Of a stretch of DNA of 64,000 nucleotides, positions 1-11,413 are shown in pieces. A program made the position numbers and the translations under genes. The stretch covers positions 320,001-384,000 of the forward strand of contig CAWHAE010000014.1 in NCBI GenBank assembly GCA_963827235.1, given 5' to 3'. The stretch's first letter is position 1. Each line of letters begins with the position of its first letter. The notes below the pieces were generated by a model, which saw only the letters and a list, made by a program, of their open reading frames with translations, had not been told where the DNA came from and made no database searches. The stretch comes from an uncultured bacterium (GTDB lineage: Bacteria; Chloroflexota; UBA5177; JANWHV01).

Positions 1-482
1 AACGCCGGTGGCGTCGAGACCCGTTTCCGGAGGTCGGTGAGGGTGTTGAGCGTAGCCTTGCTCAGCTTGACGGCCTGTGTGTCGTACTGCACGGAAAACT
101 GGGCAAGCGTGCCACTCTGGGCGATGTCGCCCGGCATCGTGTAGGGGGAGTCGACGCTCAGCACATGCGGCAGCGCCCTCAGCTGGGGCAGCAGCGCGTT
201 GACCCGTTCTCGGGTGGACGCCGCCCGAATGCCGGCCGGCGCCTTGATCACGATCGTGGCGGCGTCACCGGCAGCCTGAGGAAAGCGACTCTGAAGCAGG
301 TCGAGGGCACGCTGTGCTTCGGTGCCGGGGATCTTGAATTCGTCGGCAAAACGGCCACCCGCGACGTCTGCGCTGCCGCCAAGCACGGCAAGGAAGAGTA
401 AAGCCCCGAGCAACACCTGCCAGGGGTGACGGGCGATGAAGCGCGGCCAGCGGCCAAAGAGCAAGGAGCGTGAGTCCAACAT
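1..482 (-). CDS. MMPL/RND family transporter, N-terminal part (runs off window start)
   Basis: Manual translation from ATG at 482 (SD AAAGGA upstream): MLDSRSLLFGRWPRFIARHPWQVLLGALLFLAVLGG...FADEFKIPGTEAQRALDLLQSRFP, a typical MMPL N-terminus. Not in the ORF track because it is open to the window edge. Confidence 0.8.
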   Translation of the reverse strand, partial: MLDSRSLLFGRWPRFIARHPWQVLLGALLFLAVLGGSADVAGGRFADEFKIPGTEAQRALDLLQSRFPQAAGDAATIVIKAPAGIRAASTRERVNALLPQLRALPHVLSVDSPYTMPGDIAQSGTLAQFSVQYDTQAVKLSKATLNTLTDLRKRVSTPPA

Positions 483-699
483 GAGCGAGCGTATCCTTTC
501 GTTGCGAACGTTCCCGAGCGGCGGCGCCACGTGATTCAGTCTCCATGCGGGCGATTCGCCAGCCCGGTCGCGCTATTCCCAAGAAATTATTGAGTCAGCA
601 TTTATTTCCATGGCGTCGTTGTGCCTGGACGAGATCATTCGATGCCTCCGCGCCGTCAGGCCTCGCTCAGCCGCATGTAGCGGCGAGGCGTCAGGAAAC

Positions 700-1344
700 C
701 TACCGTCGACCGGCTTCGCGCCGCTCTGGCTCCGGTGTCGCCAGACCGTTTACGATCAGGTCGACGAACTGGGCCACGAGTTGTTCAGGCTTGGTATGCG
801 GGTGTGTCCTGGTTCGCTGGGCCTGGCGGAGAGCGATACCGGAAAGCACGAGTGTGCAAAGCTCGGCGACCGTGTCGGGATCCAGCTCGCGGAAGCGGCC
901 GTCCGCGCTCAGATGCCGCAGATATGCGGCGAGCGGGCGGGAGAGACGCAACATTTCGGCTTCGAAGACGGTACCGACTTCCTCGTCGAGCATGCCCTCC
1001 ATCATCATCACACGGAAAGCCGGCCAGTTGGTCGCGTCACAGATATTCCTGACCAATTGCACTCCCCAGCGATACAGTTGATCTTGTGGCACCAGTTCTG
1101 CGTTTCCCACCGCCAGACTGGTGAGATCAGCGGCGAACGAGCCCCGCTCAGCCACGACCGCTGCCAGGAGCTCTCGCTTGGACGGGAAGTAGCTGTAGAG
1201 CAGTGGCGGCGTGACGCCCACCAGGTCGGTAATCTCCTTAATGGTCGCTGCGTCATAGCCATTCTCGGAGAACACGGTCATCGCCGCGTCAAGTATCTGC
1301 TCTCGTCGCTGCTCCGAAGTCGGTCCATCTGCGATGCGCGCCAC
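700..1344 (-). CDS. TetR/AcrR family transcriptional regulator
   Basis: HTH RREQILDAAMTVFSENGYDAATIKEI...LLYSYFPSKRELL; lies upstream of the MMPL gene. Confidence 0.93.
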   Translation of the reverse strand: MARIADGPTSEQRREQILDAAMTVFSENGYDAATIKEITDLVGVTPPLLYSYFPSKRELLAAVVAERGSFAADLTSLAVGNAELVPQDQLYRWGVQLVRNICDATNWPAFRVMMMEGMLDEEVGTVFEAEMLRLSRPLAAYLRHLSADGRFRELDPDTVAELCTLVLSGIALRQAQRTRTHPHTKPEQLVAQFVDLIVNGLATPEPERREAGRR

Positions 1345-2016
1345 GGTACCACCCCTCCCCAGTTATTTTATATAAATTAAATTACGCTGCCGTGCCGGAT
1401 CTGTCAATCACCAACCATGGTCCAGAGATCTGGCTGACACCAAGCCCGATCTCGTCTGGAGAGATTGGTTCGGCGCACAATTGGCAACGCCACTCTCTTG
1501 AAAAGACTTCGGCGCGGAAATGAGAAATGTCGCTGCAGCAGTGAGTGGCGGTTCCTCTGATGAGGCTCCTCGGAAGGCGCGCCCTCGCTCCGGGCAGGCT
1601 CGCCTATCGGGCGCACTCCTCGCCGGGGATCGTGATTTGGCGATCCTACCAAGGCACCGCTGGTCCATTCATAACACGAACAGCCAGTCGCATGGCCATC
1701 AATCGTGTCGACTCGAGTCCGCCCTCCGCGTGACTCAATGAATATGAATTGACGAGGTCGAGTAGGCTGTGGCAGATCTGTCGCTCCATGAGTTGCTGGC
1801 GCGCGATGCTACAGCCTCCGTGGCTTCACCGGGTACCTGTTTGGCGGAGGTTGGTGAAGCTTAGGTCGTGCACTGGCAGACTGAAGAGCACGGGAGCCGG
1901 CAGTCCAGTCCATATCTGCGGCGCTGCAAGATCCTTCGGCAAGGTGGCGCGGGACCTCTTTCGGACTCCTGACCCACACATGCGGAAATCCGGCACCAGG
2001 CTGGGCCGGTTTTCTC

Positions 2017-2092
2017 TGGAGCGGGAGACCGGGTTCGAACCGGCGACATCCTGCTTGGAAGGCAGGCACTCTGCCAACTGAGTTACTCCCGC
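2017..2092 (-). tRNA. tRNA-Gly(TCC)
   Basis: Reverse complement GCGGGAGTAACTCAGTTGGCAGAGTGCCTGCCTTCCAAGCAGGATGTCGCCGGTTCGAACCCGGTCTCCCGCTCCA; cloverleaf, TTCGAA T-loop, encoded CCA. Confidence 0.97.
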
Positions 2093-2403
2093 GAGCTCTG
2101 CCTCGTCGGCAAAAGCAAGGATAGCATACCGGCAGCGTAGCCGCTAGAGCGGAGCGTGGGACCGTCGGACGCCGTTCAGCGGTCGTCAGCACTTGCGTTC
2201 GTGCCGGCTCACCGTGCATCCGGCTGCCACGTCGTCCCACCAAGCGGCGAGCTGAACGAGCAGCCGCGACCTCACTCAGGCGCTTGTACTGGACGCCGGC
2301 GATGTCTCGGCGCCCAGCCAAGGAGTTGATGTTATCGCCAGTGGAACCGCCAAAGCTTGCATGCTGCCGGATCTCCGGCCAGCGGGCGAGACGGACCGGC
2401 TGC

Positions 2404-4077
2404 TCAGGCCGCTGCCGCCGCTGCCGCTTCCTGCTCGTGCACCATGTCTTTCCTCCTGGTCATGAACAGGGCCGCGATGGTGCCGGCCGCGACGATGCCC
2501 GTGGCCAGCCAGAACACGAACACGGTGCCGTCTACGAATGATTGGCGGGCAATGTGCTGCACCAGGGGGAAAACGGGAGAGTGCACCAGGGGCGTGGGAT
2601 TCGCCGGGTCGACCGGCAGCCCGAGACTGCCCGCTATCGTGCCTTTGCCCTGGACCTGCACGATCACGCTCTGCCGGGCACCGGCTGGGAGTCGCGACAG
2701 GGCACCTACGCGGCTTGACACGAGCCCGTTGTAGCGGCCGGTCAGCATGGCGCCCAAAAAGGCGACGCCGAACGCGGAGCCAATCTGACGGCACATTCCG
2801 TTGACGCCGGACGCCATGCCCGCGCGAGCGCGCTCGACGGTCCCCACGGCCACCGTGGAGATCGGCGGCTGCGCGAATCCCATGCCAAGACCGCCGGCGA
2901 TGAAGGCGGGCAACAGAATCACCCAGTCATTCTTGAGGTCGTGCGGCGAGATGCGCGTCATCAGGGCAAGCGAGATGGTGAGCAGCAGCATACCCACAGT
3001 CAGCACCGGCCTAGCGCCCAGGCGATCGATGACAATACCTCCCAAGGGCGCCGAGAGCAAGATAAGGCCACTCAGGGGCAGGAACCGCACGCCGCATTCG
3101 ATGGCGCTGAAACCGAGAAAGTCCTGGAAGTATATCGTCAGGAAGAAGAAGGCCGATATCATCCCGGCGCTCAGCGCGAACACGGTAATCGCCGCACCCG
3201 TGAAGCTGAGGTTCCTGAACAGTCGCAGGTCCACCATCGGATCCGCGATCCGCGGCTCGATCAGCACGAAGAGAGCAAGGGCCACGGCGGCTACCGTGAA
3301 GAGCGTCACGATATAAGGCGAGGTCCACCCCTTGTCGCTGTCGTTGCCCTGGATCAGTGCGAGGGTGAGACAGAACAGGCAGGCCGTGGCCGTCACGAGA
3401 CCGAATACGTCGATCGCGTGCGGGGCGCGGTCGTCTCTGGACTCGACGACCGCCCAGGAAGCCACGAGAACGGCCACGATACCGATCGGCACGTTGACGA
3501 AGAAAATCGACTGCCAGCCGACGTTCTCAACCAGGAAGCCGCCGGCAAGCGGACCAATTGCCGTGGCCAGACCGCTCACGCTGCCCCAGATACCTATAGC
3601 CCGGCCGCGTTCCGGCCCGTCGAAGGTCGCCGTGATGATGGCCAGTGTCATGGGAAACATGATCGACGCGCCGACGCCCTGAATGGCGCGCGCCGCGAGC
3701 AAAGCCTTCATGTGCGAGAAACCGCCGAAGGCGATGCCGCCGGAAAGTCCACACAGCAGGGAGCCGGCGGTAAATACCGTGAGACCGAGCATGAACACCC
3801 GCTTGCGGCCGAAGATGTCGCCCAGTCTGCCTGAGGTAACCAGGAATACGGCCAGGGTGAGGGCGTAGGCATTGACTACCCATTGCAGGTCCGAGAAGTT
3901 GGCATGCATGTCTTTCTGGATGGTGGGTAGGGCGACGTAGACAATGGTCATGTCCAGTAGTGCCATGAAGATGGTGAAGGCCATGGCCAGCAACGTCCAC
4001 CACTTGTGCCCCCGCGACGGGTTGCTGCCCGGTCGCGATGCACCGCCGGGTTCGCTCGCTTCCCTGTCAAGCTTCAC
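2404..4077 (-). CDS. DHA2 (EmrB/QacA) family MFS efflux transporter
   Basis: Motifs LDMTIVYVALPTIQ, WVVNAYAL, GRLGDIFGRKR, WQSIFFVNVPIG; about 14 hydrophobic segments; GTG start at 4077 after SD GGAGG. Confidence 0.93.
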   Translation of the reverse strand: MKLDREASEPGGASRPGSNPSRGHKWWTLLAMAFTIFMALLDMTIVYVALPTIQKDMHANFSDLQWVVNAYALTLAVFLVTSGRLGDIFGRKRVFMLGLTVFTAGSLLCGLSGGIAFGGFSHMKALLAARAIQGVGASIMFPMTLAIITATFDGPERGRAIGIWGSVSGLATAIGPLAGGFLVENVGWQSIFFVNVPIGIVAVLVASWAVVESRDDRAPHAIDVFGLVTATACLFCLTLALIQGNDSDKGWTSPYIVTLFTVAAVALALFVLIEPRIADPMVDLRLFRNLSFTGAAITVFALSAGMISAFFFLTIYFQDFLGFSAIECGVRFLPLSGLILLSAPLGGIVIDRLGARPVLTVGMLLLTISLALMTRISPHDLKNDWVILLPAFIAGGLGMGFAQPPISTVAVGTVERARAGMASGVNGMCRQIGSAFGVAFLGAMLTGRYNGLVSSRVGALSRLPAGARQSVIVQVQGKGTIAGSLGLPVDPANPTPLVHSPVFPLVQHIARQSFVDGTVFVFWLATGIVAAGTIAALFMTRRKDMVHEQEAAAAAAA

Positions 4078-4906
4078 GGTCGATTCCTCCTTGCCGTTTG
4101 TCGCCTGCGGATGCTCCACCAGAATCCAGGCTGGAGCCGGTCTGAGAGCGATATATGCCGTGATAGATGAAGTCGGCCAGGGCCTCACGCTGCAGGTTGA
4201 ATTCGTCCTCGCTGAGAAACTCGGGCCGGAGCTGCTGATGCCACACGTGGTCCATCAGCACGGTTATCGTCCAGGCGGTGCGCTCGACGTCCAGGTCGGG
4301 CCAGGCGGCACCGCCGGACACGACCCGCCGGATGGCGATCAGCATCTGATGGTAGATCCAGCGTTGTACCTCGACACCGTATCCTGCGAGCTCAGCCTCG
4401 CCTATCTCGAGCATCATCCAGGCCCGCTGCAGGCGGTAGCGCTCCGCGTCGTAAGGCAGTATGCCGGCCAGCAGCTCTCGCATCGCTCGGCGCGGGTCCG
4501 GTCCCTCCGTGGCGGACAGGATGTTCAGCTTGCTTATCGACTCTGCGGTGCCCGCCATGAGACTCAGCATGATCTGTCGCTTGTCGCGAAAGTAGCTGTA
4601 CAGCGTGCCCACGCTTACTCCCGCTGCCGCGGCGATGTCCGGCGTCGTCGTGGCGGCATAGCCGCGCTCGGCGAAGAGCTGGGCGGCGGCCTGTACGAGC
4701 GCCTCGCGCTTGGCTCGCGAACGTCGCTGACGCGGCTCTCGAGGCAGGTCCCCCGGGCTTGGCACGGCTGGAAAGTCGGCGCGACCCTCGTCGGGCGCAC
4801 CTTTCAGCGAAGGTGCCGGGCGCCAGCCGTGGCCGCCGAAGTGCTGCCGGCCTGCTACGGGCCCGGCGGTCGGTTGGCCGGGGTCGGTAGTCTTCCGGCG
4901 CGCCAT
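4067..4906 (-). CDS. TetR/AcrR family transcriptional regulator
   Basis: PRQRRSRAKREALVQAAAQLFAERGYAATTTPDIAAAAGVSVGTLYSYFRDK; overlaps the MFS start; ATG at 4906 after AGGAG. Confidence 0.9.
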   Translation of the reverse strand: MARRKTTDPGQPTAGPVAGRQHFGGHGWRPAPSLKGAPDEGRADFPAVPSPGDLPREPRQRRSRAKREALVQAAAQLFAERGYAATTTPDIAAAAGVSVGTLYSYFRDKRQIMLSLMAGTAESISKLNILSATEGPDPRRAMRELLAGILPYDAERYRLQRAWMMLEIGEAELAGYGVEVQRWIYHQMLIAIRRVVSGGAAWPDLDVERTAWTITVLMDHVWHQQLRPEFLSEDEFNLQREALADFIYHGIYRSQTGSSLDSGGASAGDKRQGGIDREA

Positions 4907-4935
4907 GCGTGCTCCTGTCTGCCGGTTTGCAGTAT

Positions 4936-4957
4936 ATGAATGTGAAGTCATCTTCAT
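4936..4957. promoter_or_regulatory. Imperfect palindrome, candidate TetR operator
   Basis: ATGAAtgTGAagTCAtcTTCAT (16 of 22 positions symmetric), about 30 nt upstream of the TetR-MFS operon. Confidence 0.5.
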
Positions 4958-5124
4958 GTCCTGAGTGCCATGCTAGTGCGAAGGTGATTTCACGTCAAGT
5001 ATTCGGCCAGCCGGGTCTTGCTGGGCGTCCTGCTTCGTGTGGTCTCGTGTCGATGGATTAGATCTGGCCTGAGCGAGGACCAACTCCGGGGCGTCTTCCA
5101 TGATGACCCGGCCCGCAACTACTC

Positions 5125-6174
5125 TCAGTAGGCGAAGGCGACCCTGAGCTGTTCGGGGTCCGACCGCTGAGCCAGCGCCAGGAGAGTCAAGAGAGCTACC
5201 AGCGGTCGCTCGTGGGATGGACGGGTCTTCAGCGCCAGGTCCGCCGCCACCAGGATCGACTGCGCATCCCCCAGCTCCCCGGCCGTGTAGGCGGGAAGTG
5301 ACCGCTCGAGCTGCCGGAGTCGCCAGACCGGCCAGGCTCTCTGGCGAGCCACCTCCTCGGGAGCGATGCGCTCCTGGCGGGCCGCCGCCAGCATGGCGAG
5401 ATCGTGAACGCGCGAGCCGACCAGAGCAAGAATCTGCTCCGGCGCCTGCTCCTCGAGGAGCTTGTCGCCCAGATCGGCCGTGCGCCGGGCGCTCTTGGCG
5501 CAAATCGCGTCCACCAGTGCGAACGCATTCGCCTCGACGCTATCCTTCACCAGCGCTTCGACGTCCTGGATGAATATGCTGTTCAGCGGCGACGTATAGG
5601 CCAGCAGCTTGTCGACATCCTGCGACGCCGACAACAGATCGCCGGCGCAACGCTGAGCCAAGAGCCTCCCGGCCCGGCCGTCGATGCTGCCGCCGCGCCG
5701 CTCCACCATCTCGCCGATCCGCTGAGCCGCCCAAGCTTCTCGCTCGCCCGCGTCCTTGGGCAGCGCAAAGTGCTGCACGTCTACCGATCCAGCGGGCAGC
5801 GCGACCAGCTCCTTGACGTACCGGTTGGCCGCCGAGAGGTCGCCTTCGTGGAGCACGAGCTCCGTCGTCGCGGGAAGCTCGGCTACGAACTTGGCGAAGT
5901 CGGCCGGGGAAGGCCGGCCGGATGACTGCTTGGCACTGCCCCCGCCCTCGCCTTTGCCCGTCCATGCCACGAGCAATCCACGTACCAGCACAACCTGCCG
6001 GGCAGCAAACAGCGACAGCGAGGCGCAGTCCTCGCGCAGTGCCGCCCAGGTCACCATGGCACCGTCGAAACGGGAAACGCTTTCGCCGATCGCGCTCTCA
6101 GCGAACCGGCGTCTGAGCGCCGCTACGGCCTCGGCTGCTCCATACTCGTCTGCCCCGTACACCAGGTGTAGCAC
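5125..6174 (-). CDS. holA: DNA polymerase III subunit delta
   Basis: MLHLVYGADEY..., SLSLFAARQVVLVR, DLLSASQDVDKLLAY, ANAFALVDAI, ADLALKT. Confidence 0.88.
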   Translation of the reverse strand: MLHLVYGADEYGAAEAVAALRRRFAESAIGESVSRFDGAMVTWAALREDCASLSLFAARQVVLVRGLLVAWTGKGEGGGSAKQSSGRPSPADFAKFVAELPATTELVLHEGDLSAANRYVKELVALPAGSVDVQHFALPKDAGEREAWAAQRIGEMVERRGGSIDGRAGRLLAQRCAGDLLSASQDVDKLLAYTSPLNSIFIQDVEALVKDSVEANAFALVDAICAKSARRTADLGDKLLEEQAPEQILALVGSRVHDLAMLAAARQERIAPEEVARQRAWPVWRLRQLERSLPAYTAGELGDAQSILVAADLALKTRPSHERPLVALLTLLALAQRSDPEQLRVAFAY

Positions 6175-6343
6175 GCCACTATGCCCCCACGGGCTTCGCC
6201 GGCCCGCGCTCGGCGCACTGCAAAGCTAGAGTCCACTGCAAACCTGGCCGAGCCGGCGCCTGGCCCCTGGCACCGCCGCAGTCGCGGCTCCCCGGCCCGG
6301 CTCGCCTGGTAGCGTGGGCAGAGGCGGGCACTACTGATCGAGG

Positions 6344-6416
6344 TCGGGGTGAGAGGACTTGAACCTCCGACCTCAGCGTCCCAAACGCCGCGCGCTACCG
6401 ACTGCGCTACACCCCG
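6344..6416 (-). tRNA. tRNA-Pro(TGG)
   Basis: Reverse complement CGGGGTGTAGCGCAGTCGGTAGCGCGCGGCGTTTGGGACGCTGAGGTCGGAGGTTCAAGTCCTCTCACCCCGA; followed by CCT rather than a full CCA. Confidence 0.95.
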
Positions 6417-6595
6417 CTGCCCTACAGCAGGTAGTCTAGAGAAGCCACGCCACGGCGTCAAGCGTGGCCCGCGCAATCGCGTTATAGCCCGGTCGTGCCG
6501 TTGGCATGGTGCCCGATTGCCTGCTATTCTGGCTCTGACATGTGATGGCTCGCGCGCTCCAGTGCTCGTTTGCTTTCTCGTGCCGCGGAGGCCCT

Positions 6596-6940
6596 ATGCA
6601 CGGCAGCCTATTGTTCGGGCCCGCATACGACGACCGCATGTTGCGGCACGGCACGGGTCGAGTGCAGCAGACTCTATCGTCCGGCGGGACGTTCGAGGTC
6701 GTGGAACAAGTCTCGCTCAGCCTGCCAATGCCTGCCGCTCGCAGTGATCGCAAGTGCTTCGACTGCTTCGGCCGGCTGGCGGCGCCTGCTCCTCGCAGGT
6801 TTCGTCCCGATGTGCCTCCGGCTGGCACCGCCCGCGCATGCGGCTCTGCGGTCAGTCCAGTGCGCTCAGTCTACACGCATAGTTCCGCAGGTGTGACACA
6901 TGCAACCATGAAGACGCCCGCTCGACGCGCGGATGCGTGA
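6596..6940 (+). CDS. Hypothetical protein (doubtful)
   Basis: GGAGG 4 nt before ATG 6596; fills the gap before the DUF2298 gene; contains a CFDC motif; no recognisable family. Confidence 0.3.
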   Translation: MHGSLLFGPAYDDRMLRHGTGRVQQTLSSGGTFEVVEQVSLSLPMPAARSDRKCFDCFGRLAAPAPRRFRPDVPPAGTARACGSAVSPVRSVYTHSSAGVTHATMKTPARRADA

Positions 6941-6977
6941 CGTGAGCCTATCTCCCCAGCAAAGGATGTGACGCTTC

Positions 6978-9291
6978 GTGGACAATCTGGCTCATGTACT
7001 CACCCTCGAGTGGCTGCAGTGGCTGCTCACCATCGAATTGCTGGGCTTGGCTGCGCTGCCCCTGGCGGCATTTCTCTTTCGATCGCTTCCGGACCGAGGC
7101 TACGGCTTCGCGAAGCCGCTTGGCCTGTTGCTGGTCTTCTTCGCCAACTGGTGGCTGGGCAGCGTCACCGGACTCGGAAACTACCCGGGAGTACTCTGGC
7201 TGTTCGCCCTCGTTCTGGCCGGCGCTGGAATGGCCCTTTATAGGTGGGGGCTGGCTTCGCCGCCTGATGATTGGCGCGTCCTCGGACGGCTCATCGGCTT
7301 GGAGGAAGCTCTGTTTCTGGTGGCTTTCGTGGGATGGTCGCTCGTGCGCGGGTTGGATCCCGATATCTTCGCGACCGAGAAACCCATGGACTTCATGCTC
7401 ATGCAGGTCTCCGGCGCCACGCATAGCTTCCCTCCACCCGACGCCTGGCTGAGCGGGCACACATGTGAACTACTACTACCTCGGATACGCGCTGTTCGGC
7501 ATGCTTGGTCGAATGGCCGGTGTCGACCCTCGCTTCGGCTTCAACCTGTCCAACGTGGTGGTCTTCGCGCTCGGCTGCTGCGGAGCTTTCTCGCTCGCCC
7601 TGGCCTTGACCAAGAGCAGGCTTTGGGGAACGGCGGGCGCGTTTGCCCTGATGCTGGCTGGCAATCTGGACACAATTCCGCAAGTGGTCTCGCAACTCTT
7701 CACGGGCGGCCTCAACGGCGAAGGACTGGACCTCTGGTGCAGCACGCGCATCATCGACGGCGGCTGCTCGTCCTACCACACGATCACGGAGTTCCCGATC
7801 TTCAGTCTGATCTGGAACGACCTGCACCCGCACGTCATGGCTATTCCCTTCCTGTTGCTGGCTCTAGCGCTCGGCGTGCAGGCCCTGCAGGACCCGCCTA
7901 CAGGGTGGATCTCACCGGTGCCCCGATATGTCTGGCTTGGATGCACGGCAGTCTCGCTAGGCATGCTCTTTGGCGTGAATTCGTGGGACTATCCAACCTA
8001 CACTGCCTTCGTATTGCTCTGTCTGGCCCTCGCCATCTGCCGCCAGTCGAGGCCGGATGCGCGCGCACTGCTCGAGACCGCGGCTGTCGTGCCGGTGAGT
8101 CTTCTCGTGTATCTTCCGTATCTGCTCACGGTGCACAATCCCAAGAGCATTGGCGTGCATGTTAACCCGACTCAGCTTGGAGACGCCTTGACCGTGATCG
8201 GCGGCGGGCTGATACCGGTAGCCATCTTCGCTGCCTGGCGAGGGTTCGCCACTCTGGCCCAACGCGCGGCGGGCCGGGATGAGCCAGAGCCGCTGGAAGT
8301 GCAGGCCCTGCGCGCCATGCCGCGAGGCAGCGGATGGTGGATAGTGTTCTGCTTGGCCCTGGCGATCGCGGTCTGGCCGGCCAGGATCGACGTGATCTAC
8401 GTCGTACTCCTGACCGCGCTCGTCTACATCCTGGTCGCGAGGCGGCGCGAAGAAGCGCCAGAGGTGCAGGCGATCCTTCTGCTGGCGACGATCGGCGTGG
8501 CGGTTCTGCTGGCAACTGATTTCGGCTACCTGAAGGACAACTTTGATAACTCGCCGAACTATCGCATGAATACGCTCTTCAAGCTGTACTATCAGGCGTG
8601 GATCCTCCTGGCCGTTGCCGCGCCCTTCTGCATCCGCGCGATCGGCATCGCTCTCGGTCAGGTGCGCGCCTACGCCCTGCAGATCGCGTGGTGGAGCCTG
8701 GCAGCGCTGCTCGCCGCCGGCACCGCGCTCTATCCTATCGAGGGCATTGGCAGCCAGAAGCCGTCCTACGCCACGAGCACTCCGGGACTGGACGGCCTCG
8801 CATACGTCCGCGACACGGCGCCGGGCGAATACGCCGCGCTGCAGTGGATCCTTCACAACACGAGTCAGTTCGACGTCGTCGCCGAGGCGTACGGCGGCGA
8901 CTACTGGACGGATCCGGTGCTCGCGCACGACTCCAACCTGTTCTCGGCGCTCACCGGCCGGCCGACAATCATCGGCTGGCCATACAGCCACGAGGCACTG
9001 TGGCGGGGCGACTTCGGAGCGGGCTCGCAGCAGGCATCGGCAGAAGCCATGATCACCAAAGCGGAGAATGACGATCGCGCGCTCTATACGGCTTCCACGA
9101 AACAGGCCGCGATCCAGCTTCTCCAGCAGTACAAAGTGAGCTACGTCGTGGTCGGTCCGTACGAGCGATCGGCGTTCGGCTCGGGAGCCAGTCTGACGAA
9201 TTTCGGATCGTTCCTGACTCCAGTTCTGAAGAATAGTGCCGTAACCATATATAAGGTGCCATGCCTATCCGCGTGCTTGGTAAAGCGGTAG
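6978..9291 (+). CDS. DUF2298 (Chlor_Arch_YYY) polytopic membrane protein, putative GT-C glycosyltransferase; frameshift near 7460
   Basis: EKPMDF...PPPDAWLSG then (other frame) NYYYLGY, TITEFP.FS...DLHPH, NSWDYP, RMNTLFKLYYQAW; ORFs 6978-8165 and 7465-9291 join at the YYY motif. Confidence 0.88.
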
Positions 9292-9508
9292 CGCGGCTCA
9301 AGCCGGTGGGGGGGAGTGCGTTGTGAAGCGCCGCGCCGGCATCACGTGCGGGCGAGATCCGGCGGGAATGAGGAGATCGACAGAGAGACGCCTGCGCCGT
9401 GTCCGCCCAGTGCCGGGTCGCCGGCACCAGGTCTTAGCCGACCACGCGCAGATCGGCTGTAGGGGTAGAGAGCACTTCCGCGCCGCCCACCTGACGACGC
9501 GACCAATC

Positions 9509-9538
9509 CTTGACAAAGAGTGGCTCAAGTTTTATACT
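9509..9538 (+). promoter_or_regulatory. Sigma-70/A promoter of the dnaK operon overlapped by a HAIR-like HspR operator
   Basis: TTGACA(9510)-17 nt-TATACT(9533); CTTGACA-N7-GCTCAAG (9509-9529) versus HAIR consensus CTTGAGT-N7-ACTCAAG; hspR lies in the same operon. Confidence 0.8.
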
Positions 9539-9571
9539 AGCAATGCATCATGGAGCCAAAGGAATTGACGT

Positions 9572-11346
9572 ATGGGCAGAGTGGTCGGAATCGATCTCGG
9601 GACCACGAACTCCGTCATCGCGACGGTGGACGGAGGAGAACGGCTTGTCATTCCGAACGTCGAGGGAAGCAGGCTGACGCCTTCTGTCGTTGCCTTCACT
9701 CGGAAGGGTGAGCGGCTCGTCGGGCAGCTCGCCAAGCGTCAGGCCGTCGTGAATCCCGAGCGGACCATCATGTCCATCAAGCGGCTCATGGGCACAGATC
9801 AGCGAGTGACCATCGACGGCCACCCGTACACGCCTCAGGAGATCTCGGCCATCATTCTGCAGAAGCTCAAGCGGGACGCCGAGGTATTCCTGGGCGACGA
9901 AGTGACGGGCGCGGTGATCACCGTGCCGGCCTACTTCAACGACGCCCAACGGCAGGCCACCAAGGACGCCGGTCGTATCTCGGGCCTCGAGGTCTTCCGG
10001 ATCATCAACGAGCCGACCGCGGCCGCCCTGTCGTATGGCCTCGACAAAAAGCGCATGGAGACGGTGCTCGTGTGGGACCTCGGCGGTGGGACGTTCGACG
10101 TGTCCATCCTCGACGTGGGCGACGGCGTCTTCGAAGTCAAGGCTACGTGCGGCGACACGCGCCTCGGTGGAGACGACTACGACATCAAGATCGTCGAGTA
10201 CCTGGCAGAGCAGTTTCTCCAGGAGTACGGTATCGACCTGACGCGTGAGCGCGAGGCCCTACAACGCCTGCTCGACGCGGCCGAGCGAGCCAAGATCGAG
10301 CTTTCGTCGGTCGTCACCACGACAATCAACCTACCCTTCATCACCTCGGACGCGACGGGACCCAAGCATCTCGACCAGGAGCTTACCCGCGCGAAGTTCG
10401 AGGAGTTCACTGGAGAGCTTACCTATCGCTGTATGCGCCCCTTCAGGCAGGCCCTGGCAGACGCCCAGATCACGGAGGACGAGATCGACGAGGTGATTCT
10501 GGTCGGCGGCTCGACGCGCATGCCGGTCATCCAGCAGCTCGTGCAGCAGCTCACGGGCAAGGTGCCATATCAGGGCGTCAATCCGGATGAAGTTGTGGCG
10601 CTGGGCGCTTCGGTGCAGGCCAGCGTGCTGACTGGCGAGCTCAAGAACGTGGTGCTGCTTGACGTGACACCGCTTTCGCTGGGCGTCGAGACGGTCGGTG
10701 GCGTATTCACCAAGCTGATTAACAGGAACACGACTATTCCCACGAAGCGAACTGAGATCTTCACGACCGGCCAGGACAACCAGATCGGCGTGGACATTCA
10801 CGTGCTCCAGGGTGAGCGCGAGATGGCGCAGGACAACCAGCCGCTCGGACACTTCAACCTCGACGGCATCGATCCGGTACCGGCCGGCGTGCCCCAAATT
10901 GAAGTGACTTTCGAGATCGACAACAACGGCATCGTCAGCGCCTCGGCTCGCGATCTCTCGAATGGGCGGGCGCAGCGGATCACGATCACTGCCTCGACCA
11001 ATCTGAGCCCGGAGGAGGTCGAGACGCTCGTGCGCGAATCGGCCCAATATGCACAGCAAGACGAAGTGCGCCGGCGGCATGCCGAACTCGCCAACAAGGC
11101 TCAGAGCCTGCTGTACGGGCAGACCGCTTCCTCGAGGCGCGGTCGATGCAGCGGCCCGCAGGAGCGTGCGCGCATCGAAGAAGCCGCGCGCGACGTGAAG
11201 CGGAGTCTCAGCTCGGGAGATCTACGAAGAATCTGGAGCAGGCATGCTGGCGACTGGAGCCGCTTCTTCCCAACGCCGTGCAGGCGCTTGCCGTGGGCCG
11301 GCTGGACGGAGCCACGTATCTGCGCGACGCGAGGCAAGGTGAGTGA
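9572..11346 (+). CDS. dnaK: Hsp70 chaperone DnaK (C-terminus frameshifted near 11110-11260)
   Basis: [47 protein letters not shown]; probable true end ...[10 protein letters not shown] at 11346. Confidence 0.95.
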
Positions 11347-11413
11347 GCCGGCGGGCCAAGCGCATACGCAAACCGTTGCGCGGCCCTGGGGACTGCGCAT
11401 GCGGGTGAATACA

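Noticed and set aside
1555-1600. Hammerhead ribozyme (CTGATGAG core)
   Set aside because: No stem II followed by GAAA and no flanking stems.
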